A stretch of DNA of 64,000 nucleotides from a virus. The notes below the pieces were generated by a model. That model saw only the letters and a list, made by a program, of their open reading frames with translations. It was not told the DNA's origin and searched no databases. The stretch is from IMG/VR virus record IMGVR_UViG_3300020204_000006. One strand, 5' to 3'. Below, in pieces: positions 9,801 through 18,800 of the stretch. The position numbers and the translations under genes are program-made. Every line of letters begins with the position of its first letter. Positions within the stretch are counted from its first letter, which is position 1.

Positions 9801-12800
9801 TGAAGCAAATTATCTTTTATATTACGATCAGGGTGTTTACGGGCTTAGAAACGGGTATGAAGATTTTAATTTTGACGGAGGATTTGTCAATTTAACTTCA
9901 TCTGGTTTTGGATATTCTCATGAATTAGGTGCTGATTTATTTAAGAATTTCTATTTCTCTTCTGTTAGCTCTTTATTTGATTCAAATAAAGGCATTATAT
10001 CTGATTTTATATTTTGGTATAAAAATATATCAGAGGATAAACATAAAAAATCATTTACTGATAATTTTATTTATGATTTAATCTTTTCTTATGATTTTAA
10101 TAGTGCATCTTATGATGAATTTGATAAGCCACAGATTGTATCAAATCTTGGTATATCTGAAAACGTAACAAGATACCAAATATTTGAATATCAAAAATAT
10201 ATTGTTCCCAAAATAGAAAGAATAATAAAAGAAAAATCACATGGAAAATATGTGATGAATTCTGGTGATTTTAGATTTGACTGTGGTTTAATAACAACAG
10301 AAAACACTGGCTCTAGAGATGATAATGGTTCTCAAGAATTTATGGTGAATTCTTTGAGGCAACTTACAGAAAGCACTCCTCATGTAAGTTCTTGGGACTC
10401 TTTTGGAAGAAATATTTCATCAATTGGTTCTACAGAATATTACGAGCCAATATTTTTACCTCAATTTTGGTTCGGCAAAAAAGATGGACTATATGATGTT
10501 GTTTTTGAAAGAACAAGAGATATAAGCATATTTAGTTCAAATTATTCTCTTAATAGGTTTGTAAATGATTCTTTACAGATGTATTCTTCTGACGCAAGTA
10601 TTATTACTTTTAAGGTTTTAGGTAAGGATGAAAATAGTGTTAGTCTTATCTCGGAAAAAGATCAGTATGGTTTTATCTTTGGTCTTGGTGTAAAATCAAT
10701 TTCTCTTATTATAGAATCTTACGAGGAGCAGGGTAGTCCAGTTAAAAGCCGCGATGGAGATGGAGAAGAATATGGACCACCAAGTTTTTCACCAGCAATT
10801 GAAAAATATTGGATATGTAATCTTTCAATTGAAATGAATTCCCAAGACTCTCAAAATGATTTTGAGAGAAAATTTGGTAAAATATTTTTTAATAAATTGA
10901 TGGGCAATCTTCATTCAGATGGACTAAAATTCTTCACAAGATGGAAAATAAATAAAAAAGGCGTAGTGTATCCATCTACTTTTCCTGTTAAGTCATTTAA
11001 TCCGTCGTCTTTGTATCACCTTTTAGAGCAAGACGATATTTCTATATTTGATGTAAACAGTAGATATAACGCAAGTATAAGTTTGTGGTCAAACTCTGAA
11101 ATTATGTTTGCGACTAACAGTTATACTTATTCTGCAAAATCTCTTTCCTCTCTTCCTCCGCTGTCTGGTGGAAGTGGTTACTATCCTGTATATAAAAACG
11201 GTCAGGAATTATATCAATTTAATTCAGACCATTCTGGTATAGAATTTATTTCAAATGCTTTAGACTCAAAGCATTACGAAGAACTTAAAAATCATTTTAG
11301 TATATTTGATTCAGAAAATAAAAATACTTTGATGGTTCGTTCTTATTACGGTCTTTTGCCCTTATGGATGTCTAAATATGGTCTTGACGATCCTCAGTTT
11401 AGATATAATACTAGATATAGTGACAAAAGTTTAGAGCTTTCTAGCAAGAACTCTCGTGAATATACTGGTTTTTTGATACATAGTAATTATGGTCGTGGAA
11501 CATCAGCTGCTCAAACTCCATACGAAAGTTATGAAGAATCCGTAGCCAGTCTGATGAAGGTTGCAAAAAATCTTAGTCCCAATAAAGTAATTGTACCATT
11601 TGTTTGTCCAAAAAGCATTGGACAGCACTATTTTATTTCTTGTCTATATCATCCAAAGGAATTTTGTTATTATCTGGTTAGGCCATGGTTTATAGGTAAT
11701 TACCGTGCAGACGCAGTTCACGTTTGGGATTCATATGTATATTATGTAAATTCTTGTTTTTACGATCTTTCTAATTACTCAGAGCCAGCTGGTTTTAGAA
11801 CTGGTATTGAAATGGCTATTTTTAATGGCAACATGCTTTCAATCGATGATGCATGGAATATAAATAACTCCTCATCTTTTGATTGGAACTCGGTTGAAAA
11901 AGGTGGAATGCTTTGGGATAATTACGGCGAAAAGGCTATGATTAATTTGGAATATACTTCTTTAAATGGAAATGATTCCTATTATGAAAAACCAAAAATA
12001 GTCATATTCATTAAAGAAGTAGTGTCGCTTTATTTAAAAGATCTTTACTCTGAGCTAAACAAGCTGCTTCAAAATCCTGAAATTTACGAAAGGCCATCTG
12101 ATAAGTCCATAGGTTATGATGTTCTCTCTTTCTTGAATGGGCTTCTTGTGTCTTGTCAAAATGAACTTAAAGTTGAAATAGTTGGTGGTGGATCTTACTC
12201 ATCTGAAAACTGGGTTGGTTATAAAATAGAATGGTACAAGTCGAAATCATACGTTGATAATCCATATGGTTTTGAGCTTATATACACGGAATCTGGTGCT
12301 GGATTTATTCAATATATATATGCTCCCAGGGCATTAACAGATCTTCTTGCCAATGGAGACGTAATAAAGGCAAAGTTGCATGTTAATACTGGCTACGGTT
12401 TAAATTCTTCATCTACATATGAATGCTCACTATATTTTGATTCCAAAGTTAATAACATAGGAAATTATTTTATACCTAGTTCTGTCGTTAACACAAGAGA
12501 AAAGAACATTTTAAAAATCGTAAATTCAGAACAAATAGCAATGCTTGTTGATCCCCCAAGCAGCTCAAGCAGTTCAAGTGGTTCATTTAACAATTCTTCT
12601 AGTTCTAGTTCTATTTCTTTATCTTCATCTTCTTCTAGCTTAAGTTCAAGTTCAAGTTCAAGTTCAAGTTCTTTGCTTTATATTCCTGGTGGTGATTTGC
12701 CAGAACCTTCTTCTTCTTTAGATTATGAGGTTTGGGCTGCGCATTTTACTGGAAACATGTTTGATGCAAATAATCCAGAATACGGAAGATTTGGTCATCC

Positions 12801-15800
12801 AAATTACAAGTTACTTTCCATAGTTCCTGGAATAAGTATTTTTGGAACCAATTATAATGGCCATAGAATGCCATCAGATACTAATTCTGCCTCCATAACA
12901 AGCGCTAATTTTCAACAATTTAAAAATGAAATAACCTCCGTACCATCAGGAAGAAGGGTGATGATTCCTTATTATTGGTTCCCTGATATTGGTTGCTATA
13001 CAAAACTGCACGATCAATATTATAGAAATACTTCCGATGGTGTAGTTTATGATGACGGCACAAGACAAGACAGAATATTAACTTGCTGGCTTGATAATAA
13101 TTCAAATGATTGCGCTGATTCTTTTAGGTCATTTTTACAAAGATGCATCAATGATGGATTTAATTTTGATTACATAATGAATGATCAGGAAACTCAAGAC
13201 AACTATTGGATAGATGGCAGAAACTCGTATCCAAATTGGCTTGATGATACAGATGGAGATGGATATAGAAACGATCCATCCCCGGGGATTGACAGCGCTG
13301 GATTTATGCACGATGCAAGACGTGTTTCGGCAATCATGTCTGATTCAAGATTTACCAGCTATGTCAATCCGTATACTGGTAAAACTTTTGCTCAAGAATT
13401 TATGGAAAATTACCAGGCTCTTAGAGTAAGGTCTGGATTATCTGAGGATTCAAGATCGTGGCAGGAAATTTTGGCTCCATTTGCTAACGCAAATTCCCCA
13501 ATGCATTTTAGGCCTTCTAGTTTCTATTGGCAAGCCTATGGCTGTTCCAATGGGTGCTCTCCTGACGGAATAACAATTAACGGTCTTGTTCATCCAGAGG
13601 GGTACAATCTTTTTTTCCATGCCTTGCCTGCTTGGCGTGCCGCCGCTGACTCTTGGCATTTTAATGTGTATTGGAAGAGATTTAGAGACGTGCTTGGTGA
13701 GTTTGCTGAGTTTTCAAATACAATTCACATGGAATATACTGCCTCTGCAATAAATTCTGAAGAAGCAAAATTTTTCCAACAAAGTAACCTCGAAATAAGT
13801 ATGCAGCCAGCTTTGGCTGATTCATGGACTGGTTCGAGCAGATACTATGCTGGATTTTTTAATATCATATTCCCTAATTGGGCTTTGCCTCCTGACGGAG
13901 AATATAATAATGCGAAAGAATATTGCAGCGGTTATGTTTTAACTCCGCAAAATGAAGATGAGTTGTTTAACTGGTGTGGATATTTAGTTCTGGATTACAA
14001 GGGGCCGTCTGGTGAATCTAATTTAATAAGGTATCCTGAAACTGATGTTTCTCCAAATGCCACCGGTTTTGATCAGTCTCTAGTTAAGAGATGGTATACT
14101 GAATACTGCTTTAAACATTTAGTTAATATTATAAAACTTGAAAGGGTGCATTTAAGAAGCGATCCCAATCATTGGGAAAAGTTTGTTCCCTGGATAGGAT
14201 ATCAGGGATATTTTCAGGCTCGTTGGTATAATGGCGATGTTGCGTATTATCATGAAATGATAAGACACACCATATTAAATGGCGCTAGGATTTTCCAAAT
14301 ATTTGAAAGCAATTATATACCAGATTCTTGCAGAATAATACATAAAATCCTTGACGAATGGAGATCTATAAGTGGAAATTCAAGAGCACAGCCATGTTCT
14401 AATGCATTTGGAGACGCATCTCAGCCTGTAGACAGGATGGTTCTTAAAGATGTATTTGAAAACGTATTAATAAGTGGAGGGAGACTTGTTGAACATCCAG
14501 ATTGGTATATTTGGAGAATATCTGTTGCTCCAAAGCACTTTAATTCTGATGGAATTTGTATTTTAAGAAAGCAGATTCAGGACCAGGATCTACCAGATAC
14601 AATTATTATAGATTCAAATACTTCAAGAAATAATGATGACTCGTCTAGAAGAGGAGTATGGGTTCAAAGAAATGTGCCTGGTATGCCTATTTATTCTGTT
14701 GCAACTTTTAGCTCTAGTTCATCCAGTAGTTCTAGCTCATCTAGTAGTAGCAGCGTATCTAGCTCCAGTTCGAGTAATTCAAGTAGTAGCAGTGTTTCAA
14801 GTAGCAGCAGTGTTTCTAGCAGTTCGATCAGTAGCAGTAGCAGTGAATCTAGTAGTAGCAGTGAATCTAGTAGTTCCAGCAATTCCAGCAGTAGCAGCAA
14901 TTCCAGCAGTAGCAGTGGTTCCAGCAGTAGCAGCGATTCCAGCAGTAGTAGCGATTCCAGCAGTAGCAGCAATTCCAGCAGTAGCAGCCAGTCCAGCAGT
15001 AGTAGCCAGTCCAGCAGTAGCAGCCAGTCCAGCAGTAGTAGTCAGTCCAGTAGTAGCAGTGGTTCCAGTAGTAGCAGCGGTTCCAGTAGTAGTAGCGATT
15101 CCAGCAGTAGCAGCAATTCCAGCAGTAGCAGTGGTTCCAGCAGTAGCAGCCAGTCCAGCAGTAGCAGCCAGTCCAGCAGTAGCAGTGATTCCAGTAGTAG
15201 CAGCGGTTCCAGCAGTAGCAGCCAGTCCAGCAGTAGCAGCGATTCCAGCAGTAGCAGCAATTCCAGCAGTAGCAGTAGCAGTGGTTCCAGCAGTAGCAGC
15301 CATTCCAGCAGTAGCAGTGGTTCCAGTAGTAGCAACTCTAGTAGTAGCAGTAGTTCTTGCTCTGCTCCTAATTGGCCAGATTTTGTGGCATATTCTTTCT
15401 CAAATATATTTCCTAATGCTCCTTCTGTCCAAGTTTGTTACGCTGATAATTACACCATATCCTACTCAACATCTGCTCAATATATTCTTCAGTATAGGGT
15501 TACAGGTTCACCTGTTCAGGAATGGACTGACCATATAGATAATCCTGGTAGTTATACTGATGTTCTTAGTACTCAAAGTATAAATGTTTCTAATCCTTTT
15601 GAATATCTAACTTTTGCATTAAGATCTACGTCTCCTGTCACTTCATCTACCTCTTTTGTAGTGCAGGTATCTATTTTAGATCCCGTAGAAATGACTGTTG
15701 AAGTTGTTGATTCTTTTACTGTTACTGTAGACAATTCTGGTAGTTCTTCATCTTCAAGTTCTTTATCCAGCAGTAGCAGCCAGTCCAGTAGTTCTAGCAA

Positions 15801-18800
15801 TTCCAGCAGCAGTAGTCATTCCAGCAGTAGCAGCCAGTCCAGCAGTAGTAGCGGTTCCAGCAGTAGCAGTCAGTCCAGCAGTAGCAGCAACTCCAGCAGT
15901 AGTAGTCAGTCCAGCAGTAGCAGTGGTTCCAGTAGTAGCAGTGGTTCCAGCAGTAGTAGTCAGTCCAGCAGTAGTAGTGAATCTAGTAGTTCCAGTAACT
16001 CCAGTAGTAGCAGCCAGTCCAGCAGTAGCAGCAACTCCAGCAGTAGCAGTGGTTCTAGTAGTAGCAGCAACTCCAGCAGTAGCAGCGGTTCCAGTAGCAG
16101 TAGCAACTCCAGCAGTAGCAGTCGGTCCAGCAGTAGCAGTGGTTCCAGTAGTAGTAGCCAATCAAGTAGTTCCAGTAACTCCAGTAGTAGCAGTCAGTCC
16201 AGCAGTTCTAGCAACTCCAGCAGTAGCAGTCGGTCCAGCAGTAGCAGCGGTTCCAGCAGTAGTAGTCAGTCCAGCAGTAGCAGTCGGTCCAGCAGTAGCA
16301 GCCAGTCCAGCAGTAGTAGTCAGTCCAGCAGTAGCAGCGGTTCTAGTAGTAGTAGTCAGTCCAGTAGTAGTAGTTTGTCTAGTAGTTCTTCTTCAAATAC
16401 TGATCCTCTTTTTGCGTACAGGTCTTTTGGTGGAGACCCAACCGATACGCAATGGACTAATAATTTTGCATTTAACGGGAATGTAAGTAAATCAGATTCT
16501 CAGCTTACATCAGATTATATAATTTCTTTTAATAGTACATCGCTGCCATTTGCGAGATCTTATGAAAGGTACGTACATGCTCTTGTAAAAAGTTGGTACA
16601 GAGGCGGTCAAACAAATACGACATATTTTAATTTGGCAGTAAAAATGATTCAAGCCTCTCTTAACTATAGGCCAAACATCACAGATGGAACTGGTAATTT
16701 ACCTGGTCAATTGAAGATTAATGAGGCATCAGAATTTGATCTTCACAACACTATAACTCTTGATGGTGCTAAATCTGCAATAAATTATCATTTAAGAGAT
16801 GCCTGCTTGCATTTTGCGCAGCTTGGAATACTAACTAGGAATGCATCTGCCATACGTAAAGCAAGTTCTATAATATCTGGTTTTGCTGATAAAATACGTG
16901 ACAATTGGCCAGTTTGGAACCCTTATTTTGGTGTTGGATTCGGAACCGGAAGATTGCCAAGTAGCCAAAATATTCCTGCTTCTTATCAATTGGAAAGTTC
17001 TTCTGGTATTTGGGGAGGATGGATTTATTACGATCTAAATCTTGCAATGCCACTTGTTCAAGCATGGTCTCTAATAAAAGACAATCCAAATTGCACTTCC
17101 GATAAAGATTGGGTTAAGTCTATGTTTAATCTTTTCTTGCAGTTCCAAACCTGGAGAAGACAGGCCGCTCCGCCTACTACCCCTTGGAGATCAAATGGCC
17201 AGCCTGATTATTCAAACCAAGATATGAGACTCATACAGGGCTATCTTGAATTTGGAATTTTACTTGAAGAGCCTGAGCTTGTTCACTATGGTGTTTGGTA
17301 TCTTAAAAATATTTACAGAGGTTTGTTTACTTCAGATGGTTGGTGGCACGAGGGAGCCCCAGCTTATCAGGATGACTTGCAAAGAGGTCTTAATTGGGCA
17401 ATAATGGATTTCCCTGGATGGGAAAATTCTACATATAGATATAGTGACCCACCAGGATTTATTGCTTCTGCAATTGATGGTACTAGATTTGACGACATCA
17501 ACTTATATGATTTGGTGAAAAGACAAACAGACAGGTCCAATCGGGTTTTCTCGCATATTCAACTGTTTAATGGATTCCCTCTTTGTAGAGGAGATTCTAA
17601 TTGGAATCAGGCAGATTCAATTCAAGTAAGAAATACTCTTACTATAGAAGACAGCCAGATTATATATCCTGCTTCGTCTAAGCTTTTTGGCACTGGATGT
17701 TTAGCAATTTTAGGAAATGAAAAAGGAAGTAGTTCTCAAAAGGATATTGGCACTATAGTAAGTCTTGAATATGGTTCTGCCCAAACTCACAGTCATGCAG
17801 ACTCTCTTCATTTAAATGTTTTTTCCAAGAATCAAGAAGTAATGAGCGAAACTCAATACAGACCTGTTTCTGGAGATACAATATCAAGTAGAGCTTGGCA
17901 CTCTTGTACTGCATCTCATAATACTGTTGTTGTCAATCAGATTAGTCAAAATACAACTGGCTCTTTTGGTGACAATAGAAGAACTAAAAACGCTCTTGAC
18001 GAAATTAATGGCATGCCCGATTGGGCATGGAGATTCTATAGCGGACAAAGAACTACTAATTATGGCAAATTGAGACTATATAATAAAGATTATTCTAAAG
18101 TCAAGGTCATGGAAGTAGATGCGGAAAAGTCGTATAATGCAGTTGTATCTCCCATGACTAAATACAGAAGAACTGTCTCTCTTGTTGAGATAGATACAGA
18201 AGACAATTATATAGTTGATATATTTAGAGTTTCTGGTGGGACACAGCATGATTACATGTTGCACAGCTGCTTACAGACAGACTATTCTGCAACAATTAGT
18301 GCAGGTGTAATGCCATCTTCTGTTAGCGGTCAATTATTTCCATCGGGAACCGCTGAAAATGGCATGGATCGTATTAACAAGAGTGAATCATTCTTGACTA
18401 GCAATAATTGGAATGTAGAGTTCTTGCCATCTGCTTCATCTGAAAACTGGAAACAATATACATATATGATTGGTCAGTCTGGTTCAGAAATAATAAAGTG
18501 TACCGCACCAAGTATGAGAATTGCAAACCAGACAAGGCCATTTATTTGCGTAAGACGCACTGCATCAGAAAGTGTATTTGTAGCAGTTCATCATGCAGTT
18601 AAAAAATCAAATTCAAGTAAAATATCAAGCATACAGTCTTTGCCGAGTACAAATCCTAATGTGATTGCTTTAAAAATTAATTTGACAAATGGTAGAAGTG
18701 ATACTGTAATATCTGGAGAGGGTCCAACCGATAGCGCTTTAATAGATACTAAAATACAATTTACTGGTTCATTCGCTCACGTTGCAGAGCATTCTAATTC

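Noticed and set aside
4955-16395. CRISPR array interpretation of the 18-bp repeats, given a Cas4-like gene in the window
   Set aside because: The units are contiguous with no unique spacers and are in frame in coding sequence. There is no cas1, cas2 or effector gene, and solo Cas4-like nucleases are common in phages.
14710-16395. Diversity-generating retroelement as the source of X-codon variation
   Set aside because: There is no reverse transcriptase or TR/VR pair in the window, and codons such as CAG and GAA cannot arise from AAY by adenine-only mutagenesis.
5023-16486. Alternative-frame and antisense ORFs over the Ser arrays (5023-5283 -, 14633-15538 +, 14691-14972 -, 14797-15303 -, 15042-15335 -, 15763-16161 -, 15923-16486 +)
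   Set aside because: These are shadows of the stop-free 18-bp repeats (poly-Leu, AT/AG and VA/PA translations). They lie wholly within giant CDSs and have no independent signals.
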